Below are positions 43,165 through 54,778 of a DNA stretch of 64,000 nt, piece by piece. How positions within the stretch are numbered: the stretch's first letter is position 1; each line of letters opens with the position of its first letter. Location: assembly GCA_964016885.1 (NCBI GenBank), contig OZ024753.1, positions 21,514,001 through 21,578,000 on the forward strand, read 5' to 3'. Below the pieces are notes generated by a model. It was not told the origin of the DNA. It worked only from the letters and a program-made list of their open reading frames with translations, and did not search any database. The position numbers were made by a program, and so were the translations under genes. This stretch comes from Eledone cirrhosa. Its lineage: Eukaryota.

Positions 43165-43568
43165 ATTTAATACACTTCTATATGAGCACCATTAATTGTA
43201 CGAAGGACATCAAGACAGTACTAGATTTCTTGCCATATTTGCTGTAGCATGGCCTCATCAATGGTGGCAATGGCATCAGTGATCTTTTGCTTTAGATCAG
43301 TGATGTCTCGTATCTTTGTTCAATACATGATATCTTTAACATAACCCCATAGAAAGAAGCCCAGGGGGAGTGATATCTGGTGAACGAGATGGCCAGGGAA
43401 TTTCCTTGACCTTTTGACTGAATATGTGGCACCACAACTATATGACCTTCAACCAACCATCATTTTCCAGCAAGATGCTGCACCACCACATTGGGGACTG
43501 CATGTTCATAGGTTCCTAAATCAAACATTTCCAGACTGGTGAATTGGAAGGGATGGCCCAATTCCCTT
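43165..43568. mobile_element. Tc1/mariner DD41D (rosa/VS-like) transposase fragment with an internal inversion
   Basis: + strand IIFQQDAAPPHW...IGRDGPIP (ends 43567) continues on the - strand as IPWPSRSPDITP(L)GFFLWGYVKD (from 43402 leftward). When joined, 41 residues separate the second D from the position of the third (now G). Confidence 0.8.
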
Positions 43569-43754
43569 AGTTTTCACACCCTCTACGAAAACTGACCAGC
43601 ATAACCTTCCTCCTTTGAAATAGGTCATGTGACAACACAGGCAGGATTACTATTATAGTGAACATTTTTTTATTTTAATAATAAATTAATAGATATATGA
43701 ATAAAAAATAGAATAAGTAAATATTACAATACAACAGGAGGAAATATGATATCA

Positions 43755-43794
43755 TCACTGATGGTGTCACAGCTGTGTGACGAAAAAGCTCTGA
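43755..43794 (+). ncRNA. Degenerate minimal hammerhead ribozyme, related to the motif at 56767
   Basis: TCA-CTGATGG-T-GTCACA gctg TGTGAC-GAAA-AAGC-TC-TGA. A9 is changed to G and stem III does not close. Confidence 0.5.
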
Positions 43795-43887
43795 GAGACT
43801 ATATATATAGTCTGGTACATTAAGGTCCACCTTGTATCTTACCACACCCTCTTTGCTTTATATATATATATTTGCTTTATATATAAT

Positions 43888-44290
43888 ACAGAAGACCCGC
43901 CTTACCTAAGTACAAAGTGAAACCTACTACAGTCAGTGGGCACCTCTAACAAAAATACCCCCCCCCCCCACCCCATCCACACCACCCCTTTCAATGTAAA
44001 GTTATGTTGGTACCACAACATCCAGTCCGAAACAAATGAGGTCGTGTAGGTGTCATGACAAAAAAACACACAGTCCACGCTGTAATGTGGCCATGTAGGT
44101 AACACCGTAAAAACCTCCCAGTCCACACTGTAAACGTGGTTGGTGTTAGGAAGGGCATCCAGCCGTAGAAAACCTGCCAGACAGTCCTATGCGAGCAAGA
44201 CAACCACTCTTGCCACAAGTGGGAAAACTCCCGTCCAAACCCATGCAAGCGTGGAAGATGGACGTTAAACGATGATGATGATGATGATGA
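43888..44290 (+). mobile_element. 5'-truncated RTE copy (last codons, 3' UTR and (GAT)n tail)
   Basis: Near-identical reverse complement of 44634-45043, beginning AGAAGACCCGCCTTACCTAA (KTRLT*). Confidence 0.92.
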
Positions 44291-44633
44291 TATATATATA
44301 TATATATACACACACACATATTTATATCTATATTTTTAACTGTCGGTCAGTCAATGATAACATTGATTGGCAGGTAAATTAAATATAGGGATATAAAATA
44401 TACGGAAGCGAATATCAACCTAAACCAAACAGTGAGTGTGTTTTATTATGTATTTCTGGCAACAATATAACAATGTGATCCTCCTCAAAGATAACAATGT
44501 TTGTTCCAACACACAATATCATATCAAACAACACACCACCCGGTCTGAGAATTGAACTCACCAGCTTCCGATTGCAAGGCCAATGCTCTATATATATAGA
44601 GCACAGCATATATATATATATATATATATATAT

Positions 44634-47600
44634 ATCATCATCATCATCATCGTTTAACGTCCCTGTTCCATGCTTGCATGGGTTTGGACGGTGGTTTTCC
44701 CACTTGAGGCAAGAGTGGTTGTCTTGCTCGCATAGGACTGTCTGGCGGGTTTTCTACAGCTGGATGCCCTTCCTAACACCAACCACATTTACAGTGTGGG
44801 GCTGGGAGGTTTTTACCGTGTTGCCTACACGGCCACATTACAGCGTGGACTGTGTGTTTTTTGTCGTGACACCTACACGATCTCATTTGTTTCGGCCTGG
44901 ATGTTGTGGCACCAACATAACTTTGCATTGAAGGGGGCGGTGTGGATGGGGTGGGGGTGGTGGAATGGGGGTGTATTTTGTTAGAGATGCCTACTGACTG
45001 TAGTATGTTTTACTTTGTATTTAGGTAAGGCGGGTCTTCTCTGTTACTGAGTACCGCCAAAGGTCTCGGTCCAGTGACATTGTCTTGGAGAGGTGTAAGT
45101 GTGTGAGGTCGGAATTTATCAGCTCGTCCCAGGTTTTCCTGGGTCTGCCTACTCCATGGCTACCATCTATCTTTATTGCCCTGCACTTTGTTATACAGCT
45201 GTCGTCTTTCATGCGCATCACGTGACCATACCAACGTAGCCTTCTCTCGAGTAAATAACATCTGATCCCTCTTATTTCTAATTTTTTCCTTAGTTCGTTT
45301 ATGCTTTGCCGTTCACGTATATTACTATTACACATCCAGCGGAGCATGCAAGCTTCGTTCCTCTCTAGTCTGCGTATATCCTCTGCACACAATGCCCAGG
45401 TCTCACTGCCATGCAACATTGATGTTCGTATGCAGGCATCATACAACCTGCCTTTCATTTTTAGGGAGAACCCTTTAGCGGCTAATAGTGGTATAAGCTC
45501 TCTGAACTTTTTCCATCCAGTTCTGACTCTAGCTACTGTACTTTCAGAGCACCCTCCCCCACTGCTGATTTTGTCACCCAGGTAACGGAAGCTGTCCACT
45601 ATTTCTATAGAACCCTCTGCGCAATTGAAAGAGTTAGTATTTGTGAGCACTTGCTGCTACTTATTGCACCAGAGCACCGGCCACATGTAAAATCTGTGTT
45701 CTTAGTTAGCTTACCTGTGATCCCACTACATCTTTTATGCACCCATACTTTGCATTTGGGACATAAAATGGAGTTTCTGCCTACGCCTTCCCTACACACT
45801 GAGCTTGGCCATTTCCTGGAGGGGACCGGCGCCTTATTTTCTTTCCTACAAACTAGAACTTTAGTCTTAGCCAGGTTAATTTTAAGGCCTTTTGATTCTA
45901 GGCCGTGCTTCCATGTTTGGAATTTCTTCTCTAGCTCGGCCATTGATTCAGCTATAAGCGTTAGATCATCTGCGTATAGGAGTTCCCATGGGCAGCCGGT
46001 CTTGAACTCCTCTATTATAGCCTGAAGGGCAATAATAAATAGTAGGGGGCTAAGAACAGAGCCCTGATGGACACCAACTTTTACGCTAAACTCTTCACTA
46101 TATTCGTTGTTAATTCTAACCTTGCTGACTGTTTCTTTATACATGGCTTGTATGGCTCTCACAAGCCATTCGTCAACACCTAGTTTTCTAAGAGCCCACC
46201 AGATAATGGAACGGGGGACTCTGTCGAAGGCTTTCTCCAAGTCGACAAAAGCTAAGTATAGGGGCTTACTTTTAGCTAGGTACTTCTCCTGTAGTTGTCG
46301 TACAATGAAAAGAGCGTCTGTGGTACTTTTGCCTTATACAAACCTGAACTGCATTTCATCTAGGTCAATTCTCTCTCTGATTAGTTGCGCTATTACTTTT
46401 TCCGTGACCTTCATGACCTGGTCGATTAATTTAATGCCTCTATAGTTACTCCTGTCTAGGGCGTCTCCTTTACCCTTGTAACAGTTAACGATGATGCTGC
46501 TACGCCAGTCCTTCGGAACAACCCCATTCTGTATGACTTGGTTTACTATCCGGGTGACCATGGTGTGTCCCACCATACCGGAGGCTTTCAGCATCTCAGC
46601 AACTATTTCCGAAGGCCCAGCCGCCTTACCCGTCTTCATATCTTTGATTGCCTTACTTATTATACTACCTTCGACTAACACTGCTGGTCCCTCTATTGGG
46701 TCGATGTGAGGGAGACTGTCTTTCTCCCATTTATTCTCCTCATTTAGTAGCCTTTCGTAGTGACACTTCCAAGCTACCTTCTTATCAGCGTCAGTGATGG
46801 CAAGTACGCCATCATCGTTATGTACACACTTCTCCCCGACAATATCACGGTTTTCCTTGACACATTGCCTAGCAATCCTGAACACCTGACGTTTTTGGTC
46901 CTCGCGTTGTAGAACATGCTTGAACTTTCTTTCCTCTGCTTCCCTTCTTGCGAAGTACACTTGTCTCCTAGCTTGCCTCCTGGCCACTTGATAGTCTTCT
47001 CTACTTCCCCAATCCCGCCATGCTTTCCAAGCCTGCTTTTTGGCCTTGATTGACCCCTCCACCTTCCTCTTCCACCACCATGTTACTCTCCTCCTGCCTA
47101 CAGGCCTGCTCCAGCCACAGACTTCGTCTGCCGCCATCAGCAGGTTTGCTTTCAGGAATTCCCACTGTTCCTCTATATTGTAAGACTCTAATTGCTCTTC
47201 CTTACTGTCGAAAGCATCAAGTAATATGCTTTGAAATTTATTTCTGGCTGTGGGATCCTTTAGCTTCCATATTTTTCTCCTGAAGATAGTCCTCTTCTGC
47301 TGTCTAGTACGTCTCGTCCTGACTATGAGGTCGCTAATTATCAGTCTATGTTGGGAGGTGCATTCTTCATGGGGGAGGGATTTAGTGTTTACAACAGACA
47401 CTCTGTCACGTCTTCTGGTAAGGATATAATCTACCTGGCTGGTATGTTCTCCTGATCTGTAGGTGATCAAGTGATTGTCTCGTTTTTTGAAGTTAGTGTT
47501 ACAGATAGTTAGGTTGTTTGTATCACAGAATTCCAGGATTCTGGAGCCTTCCTCATTTCTTGTACCAAACCCATAGCCTCCGTGGATTCCGTCATAGCCG

Positions 47601-48290
47601 TCACAGTGTTGTCCAACGTGACCATTTAGGTCGCCAGCAATAATTATATAGTCACTGTCGGTTATTTGGGAGGTAGTGAGCATCAGTATCTCATAGAATC
47701 TGTCTTTTATAGCGCCAGGCAGTCCGGATTGGGGCACGTATGCAGATATTACTGTCACAGTAGTTCTATTTAGAACAAGTCTTATTTTAATTATTCTGTC
47801 ATTCACTCTATTTACATCTATTATCTTATCTACCCATTTTTCTGCTAACATGATTCCTACCCCACCTATCCCATTGTCATTCCCCACCCGGAAAAGCTTA
47901 TAGCAACGTTTGTTACCCACAATGAATCTAGCAGACCCGCCCCTCCACCTGGTCTCTTGGATACAGCAAACATCAACCTCCTTACGTTCAAGCAATTCTA
48001 CAACCTCGTTTGAGCGGCCTTTTAAGGTGCCTACGTTCATGGTACCAACTCTGAAGTTTTGGATTGTGTTTGGGGGATGGGGCGCAGGGAGGGGTGAGGG
48101 GAATGAGTTTGGGGTTATGTTGGCCATCCGCGGCCGAAACAACGAGGGGGGGCCTTTCCCCTTCGTCCGGCAGCATGAGGTGGATTTGTCGTTATCTTTG
48201 GCATTGTCATCGAGTGTCCAGATTCTTCAGACTCTCCAGAAATTCCTTAGTCCATCCATCATATCGAAAAGCAGCCAGTAGTGATTGGTC
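44634..48290 (-). mobile_element. Near-full-length RTE-clade LINE; 5' boundary uncertain (may extend to ~48766)
   Basis: APE endonuclease, RT and C-terminal domain across three ORF pieces; ~390-bp 3' UTR and (GAT)n tail. Confidence 0.95.
45021..48142 (-). pseudogene. RTE ORF (APE endonuclease-RT, Cys/His finger) broken by frameshifts near 46330 and 45640
   Basis: TMNVGTL, IQETRW, GDLNGH, VDYIL, SQHR (APE); EKAFDRV, GVHQGSVLSP, YADD (RT); FRYLG, HGSETW, RRLRWYGHV, GRPRKTW (RTE C-terminus). Confidence 0.95.
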
Positions 48291-48339
48291 CAAATAGTAA
48301 AGGTGGAGAGTGGGGGCTGGAGGGAGAGATATGGGGTAG

Positions 48340-48766
48340 TTAGCAATGAGGGAGATTATTTAGAACCAGCGTGGAGAAGATTAATTTAGGGCAAGGATAG
48401 CAACGATTGTAGATATATATGGATGAATGAACGAGGTTTTAAGGAGACAAGAAGAAAATGTTCTATAATACATTACATTTTCGTAAAATCGACTGACCAT
48501 TTAATAAGGGTTGACAAATTCTGAGGTTTTGTCCCTCGTAACATTCTTATTTATATTAGGGAGTGAGAGATCGAGAGGGACGTATATGTTAGAGAGAGTG
48601 GGAGTAATAGCGATTTTGGTGGGCGAGAGAGAATCTATTTTTATGAATCCTGGAAAATTTTTAGCAATGAGAGAGATTATTTAGAACCAGCGTGGAGAAG
48701 ATTAATTTAGGGCAAGGATAGCAACGATTGTAGATATATATGGATGAATGAACGAGGTTTTAAGGA
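48340..48766. repeat. ~105-bp direct repeat (48340-48445 and 48661-48766)
   Basis: TTAGCAATGAGRGAGATT...GAGGTTTTAAGGA present twice, near-identical. Confidence 0.9.
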
Positions 48767-48808
48767 TTACATTACATTTTCGTAGAATCGAATATGTAAT
48801 GTAATCCT

Positions 48809-49378
48809 ATGATATTTAATAGGAACGTAGTTAAGATCAGTTACTCTTGTCGCCCATCTATGAAGTCCAAGATCACTAGTTCAAATCATACGAGAACAAA
48901 TCCAGGATGCAGTTGCAGGAAGCCGGATGAATGCCCATTGCAGGGCAAATGTAACACCAAATCTGTTGTTTATGAGGCTAAAATAACACCGTTAATCAAC
49001 AACCAGCCAGCCAGGAGTGAGCGATATGTCGGCATGACCCAGGACAGGTTTAAAGCCAGATTTTACTCACATGTCGCTTCTTTTAAGCACTCCGATAAAC
49101 GAACGACAACGGCCCTCGCAAGTAAGGTGTGGGAATTCAAGGATAATAACATCCCATACTCTATCGATTGGTCTATTTTAGACCATTCGAGGGAGTACCA
49201 AAGGGGCACAAATAATTGTTCTTTGTGTACCACAGAAAAATATAGGATTTTGTTAAACTTGAGAGCTACTTCTGCTTGCCTGAATTCAAAGACCGAGATC
49301 TTTAGATGTTGTCCTCATCTGAAATCACATCTGATCTGTAACTGGATTGACATTCCTGTGATAACTCAACCGCCTTGA
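48809..49378 (+). mobile_element. 5'-truncated Penelope-like element: linker plus GIY-YIG endonuclease, open frame
   Basis: IFNRNVVKISYSC, CSCRKPDECPLQGKC, VVYEA...YVG (GIY-YIG), FKARFYSH, CSLCTTEK; homologous to 52496-53060. Confidence 0.9.
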
Positions 49379-49541
49379 ATTCCTTCTCTGCTCTTTACTT
49401 CTACTACGGTTTTTTTACCTGCTGAATCCACGTTCTCTACTCTTGTGTTCTCTTTCTCCCTTATCTCCCCTTATATTTAACCTTTTCCTAAGTCTTTTTT
49501 GCCCCAAAAATGTTTTTTTGCCTTACCCTTCACATACCAAA

Positions 49542-49560
49542 ATGTATGTGTATGTATGTG

Positions 49561-49635
<75 letters not shown>

Positions 49636-49821
49636 ATATGTATATATATGGATAGACCAGGATTTTTTTATTCTGATGATTGATGGCAAAATTTTCTGCT
49701 TTTAAGAAACCACTGGTAAATGGAATAGTTGCCTTATGTTGTTTATTACATGACTATATATATATATATGTATATTTTAGAGTTAAATAAGGTTCATATG
49801 AATTATCTAAGATTGAGTTTT

Positions 49822-49905
<84 letters not shown>

Positions 49906-49975
49906 TTGTATTTCGTTGTGCGTATTTGTGATATGTACGTATTTGTATGTGTATAATTGTATGGCTATGTATGTA

Positions 49976-50042
<67 letters not shown>

Positions 50043-50634
50043 GTATATGTGTATATGTGTGTGTGTGTGTTTGTGTATGTATGTGTGTATGCGTATGTAT
50101 GTGTTTATGTATTTGTATATGTATATTTATGTGTGAGAGTGTGTGTATGTTTTTATTTTTACGTATGTATGTGTACGTGCATTCGTGTGTATTGCTTACC
50201 ACGTGTGTTTGTTCATTTCTTTGTTGCCTGTATTGGTGTCAACATATAACAGTCTTTATTTTCGTTTATTATTTTATATATATTTTTTCTTATATTTATT
50301 TGCGTGTGTGAATATGTAGAGGTGTGTGTATATTTTTATAATTTTGTGCATGCATATGTATACATTTATGTATGTGTATGTATCTACGTGTGTATATAGG
50401 TATGATTGTGTGTATGTATTTATGTATGTATATGTATGTGTATGTGTACGCACATATATATATATATATTTCTATTTCTATATATATATGTGTGTATATA
50501 TGTGTGTGTGGTTGTATATATGTATGTGTATGTACGGATATGTTGATTCTTATGTGGGTATGTATGTATGTGTATATGTATGTGTATGTGTGTGTTTATA
50601 TATACACACATATGTGTGTGTGTATGTATGAGGG

Positions 50635-50672
<38 letters not shown>
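49542..50672. repeat. (TA)n/(TG)n/(TATG)n microsatellite tracts
   Basis: Seen directly; interrupted by the HHR-bearing block at ~49650-49750. Confidence 0.95.
49665..49726 (+). ncRNA. Minimal type-I hammerhead ribozyme, copy 1
   Basis: Stem I TTTTATT/AATGGAA; CTGATGA at 49673-49679; imperfect stem II; GAAA-CC act GG-TA. Confidence 0.75.
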
Positions 50673-50676
<4 letters not shown>

Positions 50677-50761
50677 AAGGTTTTATTTAAAATTGTTGGG
50701 TTACAACGAGTAAATATTTTATAACTGATATAAAAGCACTCAACAAGTTTTGGAGTATATT

Positions 50762-51117
50762 TACGATATTAAACAAATGGAAACTATATTTATAAAACCA
50801 TATTTATTTCATTATATATATTTCAGGGATATCATATTAAAAATATGGTATGCCCTCTTCAGACAAAATACAATATATAAACAGTTTTATAAATAAATTT
50901 GACATACCTTAAACTTTACAACTTCCATTTAAAAAGTTAAACAACTTTTTAAATGGAAGTTGTAAAGTTTAAGGTATGTCAAATTTATTTATAAAACTGT
51001 TTATATATTGTATTTTGTCTGAAGAGGGCATACCATATTTTTAATATGATATCCTTGAAATATATATAATGAAATAAATATGGTTTTATAAATATAGTTT
51101 CCATTTGTTTAATATCG

Positions 51118-51119
<2 letters not shown>
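50762..51119. repeat. Palindrome with 177-bp arms, 4-nt loop and 1 mismatch seen
   Basis: Positions i and 101881-i are complementary; centre AAAAAGTT-aaac-AACTTTTT. Confidence 0.97.
51011..51076 (+). ncRNA. Minimal hammerhead motif in the right palindrome arm (mirror on - strand at 50805-50870)
   Basis: TATTTTGT-CTGAAGA-GGGCATACCATATT ttt AATATGATATCCTT-GAAA-TATATA-TA-ATGAAATA; stem I is 8 bp with two GU pairs. Confidence 0.65.
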
Positions 51120-51152
<33 letters not shown>

Positions 51153-51296
51153 ATGTATATAATTGTGTGTGTGTTTACATGTGTGTTTTTATTTTTTTAA
51201 TTTTATTTTTCCTTTCCTTCTTCCTTCTGCAGCCTCACTTTCATATAGATTGCATTTTTGTTTTTAGAATCCAATATCAATAAATAGACCAGGATT

Positions 51297-51358
51297 TTTT
51301 CATTCTGAAGATTGAAAGCAACATTTTTTTGCTTTTAAGAAACCACTGGTAAATGGAA
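51297..51358 (+). ncRNA. Minimal type-I hammerhead ribozyme, copy 2
   Basis: TTTTCATT-CTGAAGA-TTGAAAGCA loop TGCTTTTAA-GAAA-CCactGG-TA-AATGGAA. Lies in a ~100-bp repeat of 49652-49749. Confidence 0.82.
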
Positions 51359-51451
51359 TAATTGCCTTATGTTGTTTATTACTTAACTATTAAGCTCTGT
51401 TACCTACATAGAGCACTCTTTTTTCCTGGACTTTAACGAAGGAATTACTTC

Positions 51452-51532
<81 letters not shown>

Positions 51533-52495
51533 CATACATACATACATACATACATACATACATACATACATACATACATACATACATACATACATACATA
51601 CATTAAAATAACAGATTAAAGTTTAAGCAAAGAACCGCTGCTTTCACCCTTAACTGGATCTTCTGAAACTAACAAATTTCAAAAAACGTTGCAACCGGAG
51701 GAAGACAGGAAGACGATACTTTGGTTCGTGGAAACGTTCCCTGGCAAAGAACGGGAGAAGTCGTAGACTAATGTTCTCTTAGGTGGTTCATAGAGACGTT
51801 CTCTGGCATTGAACGTCAAAAACGAAGATAATATGTCATATGTGGAGCGGTGAGAACAATTACACGCAAAGACAAAACCACGTAAATGGTATAGCTTAAG
51901 TCGTAGACTAAAATTCTAACTAGGAGACCGAATGAATCTCCACTTCAGAATTAAGAACAAAGTAAATAAAATACAATACAGAGGTAATTGAAATTAAATA
52001 AATACATGCACGCATCCAAATACGTACATACACAAGCATACGCGAAAACACTCGCCATAGGTATACAAAACTACGCACATATAAATATGTGTGTGTGTGC
52101 GTGTATACAAATAAATAAGTAATTAAATAAATGTATATAAATAAATAAATACGTATATAACAAGCGCACATACATACCTACATATAAATACACAAATGTT
52201 CGGAGTCGTACGTCAACCAAAACATGAAGTACACATATACACACACCCAACATACGTACGAACCCGCTTACTCACACAGACGCAAAACTCCCGTATACAC
52301 TTAACCAAAAGCATATGTACCAGAATATATAAAAATATACGCCATAACATATACAATAAAATATACGTACGAGAAATTATACGTTCACAAAACATACAGG
52401 TAAAATATACTTACCTATGCAAATAAGTAATGGTATAAACATAACATATACTTAGCTACCCCATCAAGACGTAAAATATCCACGTATAGATCGTA

Positions 52496-54605
52496 CTATC
52501 CGTTAGGGTATAATGTGGGGCTGTAATACAGGAAAGTTTTGTGCAATTTATGTTTACAAGCCGAAATTGCCTCAGATTTTTTGTTTAAGATGTGGTCCGT
52601 GGCGTAGAGTATTTCCAGGGCCTCAGCGGTGCAGAGGTTACATGGTCTTTTATTTCCGTTATACGATCTAGCCCTAGCTTGGATCTCCCAGTGTAACTTA
52701 TATTGGGTGTGGTTGTCTTTTAGACTCCAGATATAAGCTGAAAGTGACGTCATATTCCTTCTTAGAGGGTAACGAAAAGAATGGGTATGCATGTAAAGAC
52801 GCTGCTTGAATCTATTGGTGGTTAACCCTATGTAGGCCCTACGGGACGTGGGTGTTTCAACCTTACATTTGTAGACAATGTTACTAGAGAGGCATTTCTC
52901 AGATAGGAGGCAATCAACCCGATTCCTACAATTACAGTTAGTACTAACTACAGGGTTGCACGTGTTCATACGGCTAGGTAGTTTAGCTAAATTTGAAGCT
53001 GTTATGTGCAATGTTAGGAGTCATAGAGTAAGAAATTTTAATAGTATTTCTATTAAAAATTTTACTATATTTATGTGTAGGGGGAAATGCTTCGTAATAA
53101 GGGATAGAAAGATCTTAGCTAATGGTGTGGCCACCTCCATATTATATGGTGGGTTATACCATATAATGCAACGGGATCTATTTCTTCTAGGTCTATTCTT
53201 GTACTCTGTATATGCTACCTTATCGACAAATCCACTCCGAGCAAGAGCTTCATTGTAAGAAGTGGAATGGTCGTTGAAAATATGCTCGTTAGTAGATAGA
53301 CGGGAAAGCCTCAACGAAACGTTTCTTACCAGATTCTTGGTTATGCTAGCAGGATGGTTGGAATGCTTACTTATGTAATTAAGCGTATCATTCGGCTTTC
53401 TATATGGGTAATACAAGCCATTCGATAAATTGAGGGTAACGTCGAGGTAATTAATGACCCAGAGGTTGGCCACAACCTGTATAGAGAGGTTGAAGCCTTT
53501 AAAGAAGGCTGTGAGTTCTTTTCTGAACCTGTCGCAAGCACGAGGTCCGCACTTAGTCATAGTCAAAAGACCATCATCACGGTACAAACTCCGCCCGCGT
53601 TGGGGAATTCGTCCTTGATAGAGAAAAGAAGGAAAGGGCCGATAAGATCAGTAACCTCAGAAGAATTGCTGACGCCCATACTCATGTCGAATGGGGTACT
53701 ATTGGATTTTTTAATCCAAATAGAGTCGTCGAAATTAATCACCGACTTACGGGCATTGAGGATGACATCAACTTCGAAATCCTTAATCACTGTGAGTGTT
53801 TTAGCGAAATTGATAGCTCTAAGGAGAAGTGGTAAAGTGATGGAGGAGTAGTAATTATTGATGTCGAATTGGATAAAACGGCAATGTTCCTTGTTGCATA
53901 TGCCGTTGAACCAATCAATCACCGCGAAAGAATTGTTCCACAGTGCAAGAGGGGCCAAACTTCTAATTTCAAGTATAATTCTATCAAGAATCCTTTTACT
54001 AAGTCTACCTAAATCAGACTCCGTAGGGTTAATAAGCCGAATAGAGGGGCTGTTCGGAAAATTGGATTTGTGATCCTTCAGGGTAAAGTGGGGAGAAATA
54101 GGGTCCAGAGGCTCGGTCCGGTCCAGGATGTTGAGATCAGAGGTGATTTTAAACCAGCATCGTTGATTTCATTGATGATGCACCAATTAGTTTTACGGTA
54201 ATCCTTAGTTACAGCATTATGTAGTAGTTGATGGTAAGTACTGCGCTCCACTTGATATAGGTTGCCAGTTTTGTCGGAATGGACGTGCACGGCATTAGAA
54301 TCCTTAATAGAACGAATTCTATTTTTCAGGTCCTGCTGGAAGGAATTGCTCCTATTCCGAAATTTGATACTCCATATGAGTTCCAAGACATCATTTTCAA
54401 AGGGTAGCAATGGAAGGGTATTATAGGTTTTAAACCCAAATTTATCCTGTTTGTTGTCAGCTTTACGCGGATTATCGAAATAAAAGGCACGCCAACGCAA
54501 CCTTTTAATGAACAGGTCTGTTTTCTGTATCAGGAGTTTTAGGTATGATTTCCTACTTGGTACGGGTATGTTCTTTGTATAAATATTCAGATGTTGTTTC
54601 TGCAT
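52496..54605 (-). pseudogene. Near-complete Penelope-like element ORF (RT + GIY-YIG, probably Naiad-like) with ~4 frameshifts
   Basis: KNIPVP...RLRWRAFYF...FGFKT, DKTGNLY, TLKDHK...RLINP, QFDINNYY, YRDDGL, YLDVTLNL, SNHP, IIWYNPPY, KIFNRNTIKISYS, IVYKC...YIG, CNLC. Clade assignment is inference. Confidence 0.93.
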
Positions 54606-54778
54606 GATGAATATAAGTTAATAGAGTGCTCAACCGAGGGAGCCAAATAGTAATAATAATAAATTTGAAGACTAAAATCCAAAGAGGGCTCGATAAGGAT
54701 AAATATATATCAAATATATAAGAACCGTAGAGCAAATATATATTTATATATATATACACACGCGCACACACACACACA

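Noticed and set aside
45301-48297. Plus-strand ORFs over the RTE (also over the PLE and maT elements)
   Set aside because: Antisense shadows of transposon coding sequence.
51195-51280. Exon after the strong pyrimidine tract and CAG at 51232
   Set aside because: Early stop in phase 0 and no convincing donor.
49443-52426. Y/I/C/V/H-rich ORFs (also at 41.3-41.8, 60.7-61.3 and 62.7-63.4 kb)
   Set aside because: Translations of microsatellites.
53005-53035. Selenocysteine TGA at the SYS-C position of the PLE (reported for some Naiad PLEs)
   Set aside because: The TGA is out of frame with KISYS. The in-frame reading SYSMTPNIA fits the sister ORF (SYSCRPSMK) better, and I see no SECIS after the stop.
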